Positions 44,014-54,041 of a stretch of DNA of 64,000 bases are shown here, piece by piece (the stretch's first letter is position 1; each line of letters opens with the position of its first letter). This DNA is from an uncultured Klebsiella sp. (GTDB lineage: Bacteria > Verrucomicrobiota > Verrucomicrobiia > Limisphaerales > SXTU01), in NCBI GenBank assembly GCA_964591495.1, contig CAZQEW010000008.1, positions 2,787 through 66,786 of the forward strand, in the 5' to 3' direction. The notes below the pieces were generated by a model, which had not been told where the DNA came from, did not search any database, and saw only the letters and a list, made by a program, of their open reading frames with translations. The translations under genes and the position numbers were made by a program.

Positions 44014-46659
44014 ATGAATCGCTTCCGCCTGTCCGCTCTCCTCCTCGCCTGCGCCGTCTCCGCCCTCGCGCAGAACAAGCCCGAGGATTTCCCCAAGCAG
44101 CCTGACGTGCCCGCGCTCTCGCCCGAGGAACAGCTCAAGAAGTTCCAGCTTCCGCCCGGCTACAAACTTGAATTGGTCCTCGCCGAGCCGCACATCAAGG
44201 AACCGGTCGTTGCGGTCTTCGATGGCAATGGCCGCATGTTCGTCGCCGAGATGCGCACTTACATGCAGGACATCAACGGCACAGACGAGCTGACCAACCG
44301 GAGCTGCGTCTCGCTCCACTGGTCGAGCAAGGGCGACGGCAAGTTCGACAAGCACACCGTCTTCGCCGCCAACCTCAAGCTCCCGCGCATGATTCTTCCG
44401 CTGGGTCCCGGCGAGCTGCTCATTAACGAGACCGACACGCAGGACATTTTCCTCTGGCGCGACAAGGACGGGGACGGAGTGGCCGACGAGAAGAAGCTCT
44501 GGTATGCCGGCGGCCCGCGCGGCGGCAACATGGAGCACCAGCAGTCCGGCCTCATCTGGGCCACTGATAACTGGCTCTACATGACCTACAACGCGTGGCG
44601 CCTGCGCTGGCAGGGTTACGACAAGGAGCCGCTCAAGGAATCCACGCCCGGCAACGGCGGCCAGTGGGGGCTCACGCAGGACGACTGGGGCAAGCCTTGG
44701 TATGTGAACGCCGGCGGCGAGCGCGGGCCCATCAATTTCCAAACCCACATTTACTACGCCGCGCTGAACCACAAGGAGCAGTTCGTCGGCGATTACGCAG
44801 TGGTCTGGCCCATCGTCCCCATCCCCGACGTGCAGGGCGGCCCGAACCGCTTCCGCCCCGACGAGAAGACGCTCAACCACTTCACCGCCACCTGCGGCGC
44901 GGAGGTGTTCCGCGGCGACCGCCTGCCCGCTGACTTGCGCGGCGACCTGCTCTTCTCCGAGCCGGTGGGCCGCCTGATTCGCCGCACGAAAGTCGCCGTG
45001 ACCAACGGCGTCACGCGCCTGAGCAACCCCTACGAGTCCGTGAAGGGCGAGTTCATCCGCAGCACGGACCCGAACTTCCGCGTGGTGAACATGAACACCG
45101 CGCCCGACGGCACGCTGTATCTCGTGGACATGTATCGCGGCATCATCCAAGAGGGCAACTGGACGCGCGAAGGCAGCTACCTCCGCAAGGTCATCCAGCA
45201 ATACGGCCTCGACAAAAACATCGGCCGCGGCCGCATCTGGCGGCTCGTCCACGACGGCTTGAAGCCCGGCCCGCAGCCCAAGATGGACGCCGAGAAATCC
45301 GCCGACCTCGTCGCGCACCTCGCGCACCCGAACGGTTGGTGGCGCGACACCGCGCAGCGCACGCTCATCGTCCGCGCGGACAAATCCGTCGCGCCCGCCC
45401 TGCAAAGCATGGCCCGCTCGCACGCAAACCCGCTTGCCCGGATGCACGCGCTCTGGACCCTCGATGGCCTCGGTGCGCTCGACGCCGCGCTCGCCCGCGA
45501 GAAGTTGAAGGACGCCCACCCGCAAGTCCGCATCGCCGCTCTGCGCGCGAGCGAAACGCTCTACAAGGGCGGCGAAAAGTCCTTCGAGGCCGACTACGCC
45601 GCGCTCGCGAAAAGTGCGGACGCCGACCTCGCGTGGCAGGCGTTGCTGACTACCCGCGCCCTCAACCTGCCCAACGCGAAGCAAACCTTCACCAGTGCCG
45701 TGCTCGCCACCAACGCGCCCGCCGTCGTCGCCTCGCTCGGCAAGTCGCTCCTCGCTCCGCCCACGAGCTGGCCGCGTGAGTTCAGCGGCGCGGACAAGGC
45801 GCTGCTCACCAAGGGCGAGGCGATTTTCCAAGAGCTGTGCTTCGCCTGCCACGGCTTCGACGGACGCGGGATGCAGGTCGAGGGCGCGAAGCCCGGCACC
45901 ACGCTTGCGCCGTCGCTCGCCGGTTCGCCCCGCGTCGCGGGCCAGCGCGAGGCGCTCATCCACATCCTGCTCAAGGGCCTCACCGGACCCATCAACGGCA
46001 AGACCTACGAGGCGCTGATGGTGCCGATGGAAAGCAACGACGACGCATGGATTGCCGCCGTCGCGAGCTACGTCCGCAACAGCTTCGGCAACAAAGCCGG
46101 CATGGTCAGCGTGAAGGAAGTCGCCGCCTTGCGCGCCGCGTCGAAAGTCCGCACGCAGCCATGGACCGTCGAGGAACTGCTCGCCGCGTTGCCCAACCCG
46201 CCGCTGATGAACCGCAAAGCTTGGAAGCTCACCGCCAGCCACAACCCCGAGTCGCTTGCCAACGCCGTGGACGGCACCGCCAGCACGCGCTACGACACGC
46301 GCAAAATACAAACGCCCGGCATGTGGGTGCAAATCGAGCTGCCCGCCGAGACCACCCTGACCGGCGTGCGACTCGACGCCAGCGGCTCGAACAACGATTA
46401 CCCGCGCGGCTACACGCTGGAGCTTTCGGCTGATGGCCAGAATTGGGGCCAGCCCGTGGCGAAGGCCGAGGGCAAATCCGCGCTGACGGAAATCAAGTTC
46501 CCGGCGGCCAAGGCGAAATTCCTCCGCATTACGCAGACCGGCAGCTCACCCGGCAATTTCTGGTCCATCCACGAGCTCGACCTCCTCGGCGAAGGCCAGG
46601 GGAAAATCACCGAAGGTAAGGCCGCCGCTAAGAAGCTGGACCCGAAGGATTTCCAGTAA
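44014..46659 (+). CDS. PVC-type membrane-bound-dehydrogenase-domain / heme-binding CxxCH protein with a C-terminal discoidin (F5/8 type C) domain
   Basis: 881 aa with a signal peptide. The N-terminal domain carries PxGYKLELVLAEP. HEAT-like repeats follow. A cytochrome c motif CFACHG sits near aa 610. The C-terminal block YDTRK...WVQIELP...FLRITQTG...WSIHELDL is discoidin-like. Confidence 0.8.
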   Translation: MNRFRLSALLLACAVSALAQNKPEDFPKQPDVPALSPEEQLKKFQLPPGYKLELVLAEPHIKEPVVAVFDGNGRMFVAEMRTYMQDINGTDELTNRSCVSLHWSSKGDGKFDKHTVFAANLKLPRMILPLGPGELLINETDTQDIFLWRDKDGDGVADEKKLWYAGGPRGGNMEHQQSGLIWATDNWLYMTYNAWRLRWQGYDKEPLKESTPGNGGQWGLTQDDWGKPWYVNAGGERGPINFQTHIYYAALNHKEQFVGDYAVVWPIVPIPDVQGGPNRFRPDEKTLNHFTATCGAEVFRGDRLPADLRGDLLFSEPVGRLIRRTKVAVTNGVTRLSNPYESVKGEFIRSTDPNFRVVNMNTAPDGTLYLVDMYRGIIQEGNWTREGSYLRKVIQQYGLDKNIGRGRIWRLVHDGLKPGPQPKMDAEKSADLVAHLAHPNGWWRDTAQRTLIVRADKSVAPALQSMARSHANPLARMHALWTLDGLGALDAALAREKLKDAHPQVRIAALRASETLYKGGEKSFEADYAALAKSADADLAWQALLTTRALNLPNAKQTFTSAVLATNAPAVVASLGKSLLAPPTSWPREFSGADKALLTKGEAIFQELCFACHGFDGRGMQVEGAKPGTTLAPSLAGSPRVAGQREALIHILLKGLTGPINGKTYEALMVPMESNDDAWIAAVASYVRNSFGNKAGMVSVKEVAALRAASKVRTQPWTVEELLAALPNPPLMNRKAWKLTASHNPESLANAVDGTASTRYDTRKIQTPGMWVQIELPAETTLTGVRLDASGSNNDYPRGYTLELSADGQNWGQPVAKAEGKSALTEIKFPAAKAKFLRITQTGSSPGNFWSIHELDLLGEGQGKITEGKAAAKKLDPKDFQ

Positions 46660-46815
46660 TCCTTGCGCTCCGGCGCCGAGGCAGCAACCGCGCGGCCGGG
46701 CGTGACAGCGCATGATTGGAGGCCCTCGCTTTGGACCGAAGCCTGCTTGACTAGCGGGCTGCCAAACGGGGGCAACTGTCACCTTTCGGCGTCTCATGTC
46801 ATCTACGGTCTCGCC

Positions 46816-48567
46816 ATGTGTCGCTTGCTCTCGCTCGTTCTTGTCCTGCTGGCCGCCGTTACCTCGGGTGCCGCGCCCGCGAGGCCCAACGTGCTGTTCA
46901 TCTCCGTGGATGACTTGCGCCCAGACCTGGGCTGCTACGGGAGCCACGTAGCCAAAACGCCGAACATGGATCGCATCGCCGCACGCGGGACGGTGTTTGC
47001 CCGCGCCTACTGCCAGCAGGCGGTCTGCTCGCCCTCGCGCACGTCGCTGCTGACGGGGCGGCGACCGGATGTGACGAAGGTTTGGGACTTGGAGACGCAC
47101 TTCCGTGTTGCGCTGCCGAACACGGTCACGCTACCCCAGCACTTCAAGGCCAACGGCTACCACTGCGCGGCGCTGAGCAAGATTTACCATGTGGGTTTCG
47201 AGGACGGCCGCTCATGGAGCGAGCCGCACTGGTATCCCAAGGGCCAGAGCGTGGACACCGACCCGGTGGACTGGACGAAGCGCATCGTCACCAAACACGC
47301 CGTGAACACCTCGGAATTCAGCGTGCCTTTGGAAGGAGGCCCGGACCGGAAGAATGGCAAGAGCGCGAAGAAAGGCGCGGCGTTTGAGGTCAGCCCCAAG
47401 GCCGACGACGAACTGCCTGATGGGGCGACCGCTGCCGAGGCCGTGAAGCGGCTGCACGCCCTGAAGCAGAAGGGCGAGCCGTTCTTCCTCGCCGTCGGTT
47501 TCCTCAAGCCACATCTGCCTTTCGTCGCGCCCAAGAAATACTGGGACCTCTACAACCCGGACACGCTGCCAGTGCCGGCGTTTGACCGGCTGCCCAAGGA
47601 CAGCCCCGCATTCGCTGGCCACAACAACAGTGAGTTGCACAACTATCCCGGCGTGCCGAAGGAGAATCCGATTCCCGCCGACTTCGCGAAGCAGCTCCGC
47701 CACGGATACTACGCCTGCATCAGCTACACCGACGCGCAGGTTGGCCGCCTGCTCGACGCGCTCGACCGCGAGGGGCTCGCCGACAGCACGGTGGTCGTCC
47801 TCTGGGGTGACCACGGCTGGCAGCTCGGTGAGCACGGCCTCTGGCACAAGCACACGAACTTCGAGCTGGCCACCCGCGCACCTCTCCTTTTGAGCGTGCC
47901 CGGTCTGAAGCCGGCCGGCCAGACCTGCAACGCCCCCGTCGAGTTCGTGGATGTTTATCCCACCCTTGCCGATGTGTGCGGCCTCGCGATTCCCGCCGGC
48001 CTCGATGGTAAGAGCTTGAGGCCGCTTCTCCAAAACCCCGGCGCGCCGAAACTCAAAGTCGCCGTCAGCCAGTATCCACGCAGCACGCCCGAGGGACCGG
48101 CGATGGGCTACAGTATACGTGATGAACGCTGGCGCTGCACCTTCTGGCGGGAGCGCAACGGCGCGAAGATTATCGCCACCGAACTTTACGATGAAGTTAG
48201 CGACCCGGCGGAAACCGTCAACCTCGCCAGCCTGCCTGCACACAAGGCGCTCATCGAGTCCTTCGCGAAACACCTCCCGCCCGTCGGTTCAGCCGCGAGC
48301 GGGGATGGCAAAGCATCCCCCAAGCGTAGCGGCAAACTGAAGGCCAACAGCAAGTCTGTTGCACCCCCGGCCGATGAGGACCGAGGCGCGCGGTTCGACC
48401 GCCTTTATCCCGGCAAAACGAAAGTCACCCGCGAGGAATATCTCGCTAAGCAATTCGATCAGGCCGCTGCATCTGAGCGGTTCACCAAGTTCGACGCGGA
48501 CAAAGACGGACTGCTGTCGCGCGAGGAATTCATCACCGGCGGAGGCAAAAATCCGTTGGCTAAGTAA
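46816..48567 (+). CDS. Sulfatase (iduronate-2-sulfatase-like) fused to a C-terminal EF-hand
   Basis: Starts at the internal ATG and has a signal peptide. Has PNVLFISVDDLR and the FGly motif CSPSRTSLLTGR. The C-terminus carries DADKDGLLSREE, a canonical EF loop. Confidence 0.9.
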   Translation: MCRLLSLVLVLLAAVTSGAAPARPNVLFISVDDLRPDLGCYGSHVAKTPNMDRIAARGTVFARAYCQQAVCSPSRTSLLTGRRPDVTKVWDLETHFRVALPNTVTLPQHFKANGYHCAALSKIYHVGFEDGRSWSEPHWYPKGQSVDTDPVDWTKRIVTKHAVNTSEFSVPLEGGPDRKNGKSAKKGAAFEVSPKADDELPDGATAAEAVKRLHALKQKGEPFFLAVGFLKPHLPFVAPKKYWDLYNPDTLPVPAFDRLPKDSPAFAGHNNSELHNYPGVPKENPIPADFAKQLRHGYYACISYTDAQVGRLLDALDREGLADSTVVVLWGDHGWQLGEHGLWHKHTNFELATRAPLLLSVPGLKPAGQTCNAPVEFVDVYPTLADVCGLAIPAGLDGKSLRPLLQNPGAPKLKVAVSQYPRSTPEGPAMGYSIRDERWRCTFWRERNGAKIIATELYDEVSDPAETVNLASLPAHKALIESFAKHLPPVGSAASGDGKASPKRSGKLKANSKSVAPPADEDRGARFDRLYPGKTKVTREEYLAKQFDQAAASERFTKFDADKDGLLSREEFITGGGKNPLAK

Positions 48568-48573
48568 GCGCTT

Positions 48574-49935
48574 ATGATGCGAATCTTTGTGATACTCGGG
48601 CTGGCCTGTCTTGCGTCCGCCCAGCTTCTGGCTTCGCCCGCGCGGCCGAATATCGTCTTCATCCTCGCCGACGACCTCGGCATCGGGAATCTCAGTTGTT
48701 ACGGCTCGGACAATTACAAATCGCCACACATCGACAAGCTGGCCACCACCGGCACGCGGTTCACGCAGTCGTTCACGGGAGCGCTCTGCGGACCGTCGCG
48801 GGCGCTCATCATGACGGGGCGCTACGCCTTCCGGAATGGTTCCTCCAATCAGGATGCATGCATGGTCATGCCCAACTCGGAACTCCAGTTGGGCCGTGTG
48901 TTCAAGTCCGCCGGATACGCCACCTCGTTCATCGGCAAGTGGGGCCAGCTTCCCGGCGACCCTGACGCGGCCGGCTTCGATGACTACCTGCGCTTCAAAG
49001 GCAGCGGCGTTTACTGGAACAAACCGGACGCCAGGCCCGAGGCCTATCGCGTGAATGGCAAGGAACTGAAACTCGGCACCAAGGAATACATGCCGGACCT
49101 CATGCACAGCCGGGTCGCGACCTTCCTCCGCGCGAACCAGACCAAGCCATTCTTCCTTTACTACTCGATGGTTCACGTCCATGGCGACATCCAGCCCACG
49201 CCCGACAGCGCGCCCGACAGCAAGGACCTCTTCGGCGACAACATCCGCTACATGGACAAGCTCGTCGGCAAACTCGTCGCCGAACTCGAAGCGCTGAAGC
49301 TGCGCGACAATACGCTCATTATCTTCATGGGCGACAACGGCACCGGCAAGGGCCAGAATGCGCGTTCCACGATCGGCGGACGCAACCTTTCCGGCATGAA
49401 AGGTTCCATGCTCGAATGCGGCGGCCTCGTGCCAACCATCGCCAACTGGCCCGGCAAAGTTCCGTCCGGAAAAGTCTCCGCCGACCTGATTGATTCCACA
49501 GATTGGCTCCCCACCTTTGCCGAACTCAGCGGCGGCAGGCTGCCTGCGAAGACCATCTTCGACGGCCGCAGCTTAGCCCGGCAACTCCTCGGTCAATCGG
49601 GCACCAAGCGCGAGTGGATTTACAATCAGCTTGCCGCCATGTGGTATGTGCGCGAAGCCGGCTGGAAGCTGAACGAGAAAGGCGAACTCTACGACATGAG
49701 CGGCGCGCCCTTCACCGAGACGCTTGTTCCGTCATCTGCCGACACGGAGACCAGCAAGGCTGCCCGCGCCCGCCTCACTGCCGTGCTCGCCAAGCTCAAC
49801 CCCGCCGGCGGCATTCCTGACTCCGGTGATGGGACGGGCCGCCACGCGAACAAGGAAAAGAAGAAGAAGGCACCTGCTCCGCAGCCCAAACTCCCAGACC
49901 TCAAGCCCGGTGCAGGTGCGCCTCTGCCACACTGA
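48574..49935 (+). CDS. Sulfatase (arylsulfatase A family)
   Basis: Has a signal peptide, PNIVFILADDLG and the FGly motif CGPSRALIMTGR. Confidence 0.9.
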   Translation: MMRIFVILGLACLASAQLLASPARPNIVFILADDLGIGNLSCYGSDNYKSPHIDKLATTGTRFTQSFTGALCGPSRALIMTGRYAFRNGSSNQDACMVMPNSELQLGRVFKSAGYATSFIGKWGQLPGDPDAAGFDDYLRFKGSGVYWNKPDARPEAYRVNGKELKLGTKEYMPDLMHSRVATFLRANQTKPFFLYYSMVHVHGDIQPTPDSAPDSKDLFGDNIRYMDKLVGKLVAELEALKLRDNTLIIFMGDNGTGKGQNARSTIGGRNLSGMKGSMLECGGLVPTIANWPGKVPSGKVSADLIDSTDWLPTFAELSGGRLPAKTIFDGRSLARQLLGQSGTKREWIYNQLAAMWYVREAGWKLNEKGELYDMSGAPFTETLVPSSADTETSKAARARLTAVLAKLNPAGGIPDSGDGTGRHANKEKKKKAPAPQPKLPDLKPGAGAPLPH

Positions 49936-49986
49936 TGCACTACCCGGACTTCCCTCGGAAAGTTATTCTCGCCTAGGCTCGCAGAC

Positions 49987-51375
49987 ATGAAGTTCCGCCT
50001 TGCCTTCTTGCTCGCAGCGCTCCTGCTGTCCGCCTTCTTCAGTTCTGCCGCACCGCCTGCCCGCCCTAACATCGTCTTCGTCCTCGTAGACGACATGGGC
50101 TACGCGGACCTCGGCTGCTACGGTGCGAAGGACATCCGCACGCCGCACATTGACCGGCTTGCGCGCGAGGGCGTCCGCTTCACGGATTTTTACGCGAACG
50201 CCCCGGTCTGCACGCCGACGCGCTGCGGGTTCATCACCGGACGCTGGCAGCAACGCGTTGGGCTGGAGTGGGCGTTTGGCTTCACCGCGGAAGCGTTTCG
50301 TCGCCAGGGCAACGACTGGGTCAAGGAGCCGGACATGCATTCGCTCGGCCTGCCCACGACCGTCCCGACGCTGCCCAAGCTGCTTAAGACCGCCGGCTAT
50401 GCGACCGGCGCGTTTGGCAAATGGCATCTCGGCTATCGCGATGAGTTCAACCCGACCAAGCATGGCTTCGACGAATACTTCGGCGAGCTGCTCGGCCACA
50501 GCGATTACTACACCCACGCCTATTACGACGGCACCTACGCACTGCGCGACGGCCTCAAGCCCGTGAAAGTGGAGGGCTACCTCACCGACCTGATCAACCA
50601 GCGGGCCACGCAGTTTATCCGCACCCATGCGCGCGAGCCGTTCTTCCTCTACGTGCCGCACCTCGCGGTCCACTGCCCCTTCCAGCCGCCCGGTCGGCCG
50701 AAACCCAGCGTGTCCAAGGCGGGCATGTATGAGGGCACGCGCCGCGACTACGCCGCGATGCTGGAGAAGGTGGACGAGGGCGTGGGCATGATGCTCGCGG
50801 AGTTGGAAAAGCAGGGCGTGCTTAACAACACGCTCTTCGTCCTCAGCAGCGACAACGGCGGTGAACGCCTCTCGGACAACACACCGCTTGCGCACAAGAA
50901 GAGCACGCTCTGGGAAGGCGGCATCCGCGTCCCGTGCGTGATGCGCTGGCCGGCGCAGTTGCCGAAGGGCAAAGTGACCAGCCAGCCCGGCATCACGATG
51001 GACCTGAGCGCGACCTTCGCCGCCGTAGCGTTTGGTGTCCCGCCTTCAGGCGGTCCGCTGCCGGCTAAAGCCGGGACACCGAACTTCGACGGCCACAACC
51101 TGCTGCCCATCCTCACCGGCGCGCAACCGGAGCAGGAGCGGACGCTCTACTGGCGCATTGACCGCGCATCCCGGAAGCAGAAGGCCATCCGGCACGGCGA
51201 CTGGAAATACCTGCAAGATGGAAACATCGAAATGCTGTTCAATCTGAAGGACGACATCGGTGAACGCCGTGATCTGTATCGTCACCACCCGCAGGTGATG
51301 AATGACCTCAAGCACCGCCTTGCTGCGTGGGAGGCGGAAATGGCGAAGCACCAGACGGAGTTTCTCGTGAAGTGA
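49987..51375 (+). CDS. Sulfatase (arylsulfatase A family)
   Basis: Has a signal peptide, PNIVFVLVDDMGYADLG and the FGly motif CTPTRCGFITGR. Confidence 0.9.
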   Translation: MKFRLAFLLAALLLSAFFSSAAPPARPNIVFVLVDDMGYADLGCYGAKDIRTPHIDRLAREGVRFTDFYANAPVCTPTRCGFITGRWQQRVGLEWAFGFTAEAFRRQGNDWVKEPDMHSLGLPTTVPTLPKLLKTAGYATGAFGKWHLGYRDEFNPTKHGFDEYFGELLGHSDYYTHAYYDGTYALRDGLKPVKVEGYLTDLINQRATQFIRTHAREPFFLYVPHLAVHCPFQPPGRPKPSVSKAGMYEGTRRDYAAMLEKVDEGVGMMLAELEKQGVLNNTLFVLSSDNGGERLSDNTPLAHKKSTLWEGGIRVPCVMRWPAQLPKGKVTSQPGITMDLSATFAAVAFGVPPSGGPLPAKAGTPNFDGHNLLPILTGAQPEQERTLYWRIDRASRKQKAIRHGDWKYLQDGNIEMLFNLKDDIGERRDLYRHHPQVMNDLKHRLAAWEAEMAKHQTEFLVK

Positions 51376-51391
51376 GCCGCCGAGGGGTTGC

Positions 51392-51443
51392 CACGAAGAG
51401 TTGCAAAAGGCGCAGACAGAAATGCTCTTGAGCTTCTTTGTGC
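51392..51443. terminator. Imperfect hairpin between convergent genes
   Basis: CACGAAGAGTTGCAAAAG pairs with CTCTTGAGCTTCTTTGTG at 15 of 18 positions, counting G-U wobbles. There is no U-tract. Confidence 0.35.
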
Positions 51444-51453
51444 CCTCTGGTGG

Positions 51454-52470
51454 CTAAAGCAAGTTCGCCTGCTTCCCGCCGGCCGGCTTCAGTCCGAGTT
51501 TCTTGAAGCTCAGCTCCGTCGCCACGCGGCCTTGGGCAGTGCGCTGGAGATAGCCTTCCATGATGAGGTAAGGCTCGTAGACTTCCTCGATGGTGTCCGG
51601 CTCCTCGCCCACGGCCACGGCGAGAGAACTCACTCCCACCGGCCCGCCGCCGAACTTCGCGATGACCGTCTCGAGGATGCGCTTGTCCATCTCGTCGAGG
51701 CCGTTCTGGTCAATCTCCAGCATCGCGAGCGCCTTGTCGGCAACGGTTTCGGAGATCCGGCCGTCATGGCGGACTTGGGCATAATCGCGCACGCGGCGCA
51801 GGAGGTTGCCGGCGATGCGCGGGGTGCCACGGCTGCGCCGGGCGATTTCGAGCGCGCCGGCTTCCTCCATTTCCACATTCAGCAAACGCGCAGCCCGGAG
51901 GACAATTTTTTGCAGTTGTGCGGCATCGTAGTAATCCAGCCGCTCGCGCATCCCGAAGCGCGTGAGCAGCGGTGCGGAGAGCAGGCCGCTGCGGGTGGTC
52001 GCGCCGATCAGCGTGAAGCGCGGGAGGTTCAATCGCACGCTGCGGGCGTTCGGTCCCTGGTCAATGATGATGTCCAGCTTGAAGTCCTCCATCGCCGGGT
52101 AGAGATACTCCTCGATGGTCTTTTGCAGGCGGTGGATTTCGTCGATGAATAGCACATCGCCCTCCTCCAGATTCGTGAGCAGGCCCGCGAGATCGGCGGC
52201 TTTTTCAATCGTTGGCCCGCTGGTGGCCTTGAGATTGGAGCCCATGGCCTTGGCGAGGATGTTCGCAATCGTCGTCTTGCCCAGGCCGGGCGGTCCGCTG
52301 AGGAGAATGTGGTCGAGCGCCTCGCCGCGCTGTTTCGCAGCCTGCACGGAGATCTCGAGCCGTTCCTTGACCTTTGCCTGGCCGGTGAAATCCGCGAAGA
52401 CCGACGGCCGGAGGGTCGTTTCCAGCGCCGAGTCAGGTTTGTTGAGGGTGGCAAGCGGTCGGTCGGCCAT
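51454..52470 (-). CDS. ruvB: Holliday junction branch migration helicase RuvB
   Basis: 338 aa. Has [12 protein letters not shown] (Walker A), VLFIDEIHR and GATTRSG. Confidence 0.97.
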   Translation of the reverse strand: MADRPLATLNKPDSALETTLRPSVFADFTGQAKVKERLEISVQAAKQRGEALDHILLSGPPGLGKTTIANILAKAMGSNLKATSGPTIEKAADLAGLLTNLEEGDVLFIDEIHRLQKTIEEYLYPAMEDFKLDIIIDQGPNARSVRLNLPRFTLIGATTRSGLLSAPLLTRFGMRERLDYYDAAQLQKIVLRAARLLNVEMEEAGALEIARRSRGTPRIAGNLLRRVRDYAQVRHDGRISETVADKALAMLEIDQNGLDEMDKRILETVIAKFGGGPVGVSSLAVAVGEEPDTIEEVYEPYLIMEGYLQRTAQGRVATELSFKKLGLKPAGGKQANLL

Positions 52471-52574
52471 CGCGCGCGAGGATGCGAGAGCCGGCGCGCG
52501 AGCGGCAAGGGGAAAGGCGGAAACTGTCGTCTTGTGCCGGCCGGCACAGTTCGCCTAGGCTCTCGCCAGAATCC

Positions 52575-54041
52575 ATGAAGCCACCGGACGACTCGATGCG
52601 GAGCACCATTTTCATCCGTAAGACCGGGCCGGATGGTCAGGCGGAGAAATACGTTCCGCAGCCAGCCGCCAAGCCCGAGGCCAGCACGCTCAAGGAACTC
52701 TCGCCCGAGCAGCGCAAGTCCGGACTCGCCGCATGGCTGGGTTGGTTGTTCGACGGCTTGGACATGCACCTCTATGGGCTCGTGGCCACTCCCTTCGTCG
52801 CCTACCTCCTGCACAAGGAGGGGCTCATTCCGGATGCGGCTGACGTGGCCAATGATCTGGTCAAGCAGCGGAGCGGCTGGATCCAGGGCTCGTTCCTGAT
52901 CGGCTGGGCATTGGGGGGCGCCTTTTTTGGGCGGCTCGGTGACATCCTTGGGCGCAGCCGCTCGCTGGCCTTGACGATTCTGACCTACGCCGCGTTTACC
53001 GGGCTCTCCTTTTTTGCGCAGAACTGGTGGCAGCTGATGATCTTTCGCTTCCTTGCGGCACTGGGCATCGGCGGCGAGTGGGCCGTTGGCTCGTCACTGC
53101 TCTCGGAGACGTGGCCCAAGAAGTGGCGGCCGTGGGTGGCGGCCGTGCTGCAAACCGGGGTGAACCTTGGCGTGCTGCTCGCCTGCTTGACGACGTATCT
53201 CGCGGCGTTGCACCCGAACTATCATCCCAAATGGGTTTTCCTCGTGGGCGTCCTGCCCGCCCTGCTGGTCTTCTGGATCCGGCGCCATGTGCCCGAGCCT
53301 GAGGAGTGGCACGCCGCCAAGGCGCAGTCGCTTGACCGTCAGCCGGGCATTGCGGACTTGTTCCGCGGCGAGGTGCGGCGCACGACGCTATTGACCATCA
53401 TCGTCTGCGCCTGCGGCCTGACAGCCTGGTGGGCCTTCCAATTCTGGCATGCCCAGCATTTGCGGAACTTGCCGGACCTCGACGCAGCCGCGAAGGCGGA
53501 GTTTGCCCGGCTCGCCCCGGGCCCCGACCCGGCGCGCTGGGTGGCTTCCTACAAGCAGAAGATAGTCAGCATCGCGTTCTTCGTGGTCATCAGTGCCAGC
53601 ATTTTCGGCAACTTCGCGGCCGCGGCGCTGGCCCGGTGGTATGGCTACCGCCGCTCCATCGCGATCTGCTACACGGGATTCTTCCTCGCCATGGGGGCGG
53701 CATTCATCCAGCCGCGTGGCTGGGAATCACTGGTCTGGTTCTGGTTCCCGTTGGTCGGGTTTTTCTCCGGCGTGTTCGGGTTGTTCACCATGTATCTGCC
53801 GCCGTTGTTTCCGACGCTGCTGCGCACCACCGGCGCAGGGTTCTGCTACAACATCGGGCGCATCGCCTCGGCCACGGGCGTCATTTTCTCCGGCTCGCTC
53901 GCCAGCGGCGGCGATTTCAAGCGCACCCTGCTCTTTGCCGCTTGCCTGTTCGTGCCTGCCATCTTCGTCGCGCTCATCCTGCCGGAGCCCAAGGATCTGG
54001 GGGATCATGCGACGGAGACGGAACTGACTGCCACGGAATGA
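52575..54041 (+). CDS. MFS transporter
   Basis: I chose the internal ATG (MKPPDD...). It has about 12 TM segments and GRLGDILGRSRSL, an MFS loop 2-3 motif. The start is uncertain. Confidence 0.8.
   Translation: MKPPDDSMRSTIFIRKTGPDGQAEKYVPQPAAKPEASTLKELSPEQRKSGLAAWLGWLFDGLDMHLYGLVATPFVAYLLHKEGLIPDAADVANDLVKQRSGWIQGSFLIGWALGGAFFGRLGDILGRSRSLALTILTYAAFTGLSFFAQNWWQLMIFRFLAALGIGGEWAVGSSLLSETWPKKWRPWVAAVLQTGVNLGVLLACLTTYLAALHPNYHPKWVFLVGVLPALLVFWIRRHVPEPEEWHAAKAQSLDRQPGIADLFRGEVRRTTLLTIIVCACGLTAWWAFQFWHAQHLRNLPDLDAAAKAEFARLAPGPDPARWVASYKQKIVSIAFFVVISASIFGNFAAAALARWYGYRRSIAICYTGFFLAMGAAFIQPRGWESLVWFWFPLVGFFSGVFGLFTMYLPPLFPTLLRTTGAGFCYNIGRIASATGVIFSGSLASGGDFKRTLLFAACLFVPAIFVALILPEPKDLGDHATETELTATE

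Noticed and set aside
43135-46332. 1065-aa minus-strand ORF, the longest in the track
   Set aside because: It is antisense to the TIM-barrel and heme-binding/discoidin genes. It has no recognisable motifs and a biased Gly/Arg/Ala/Val/Leu/Glu composition. I treat it as a shadow ORF.
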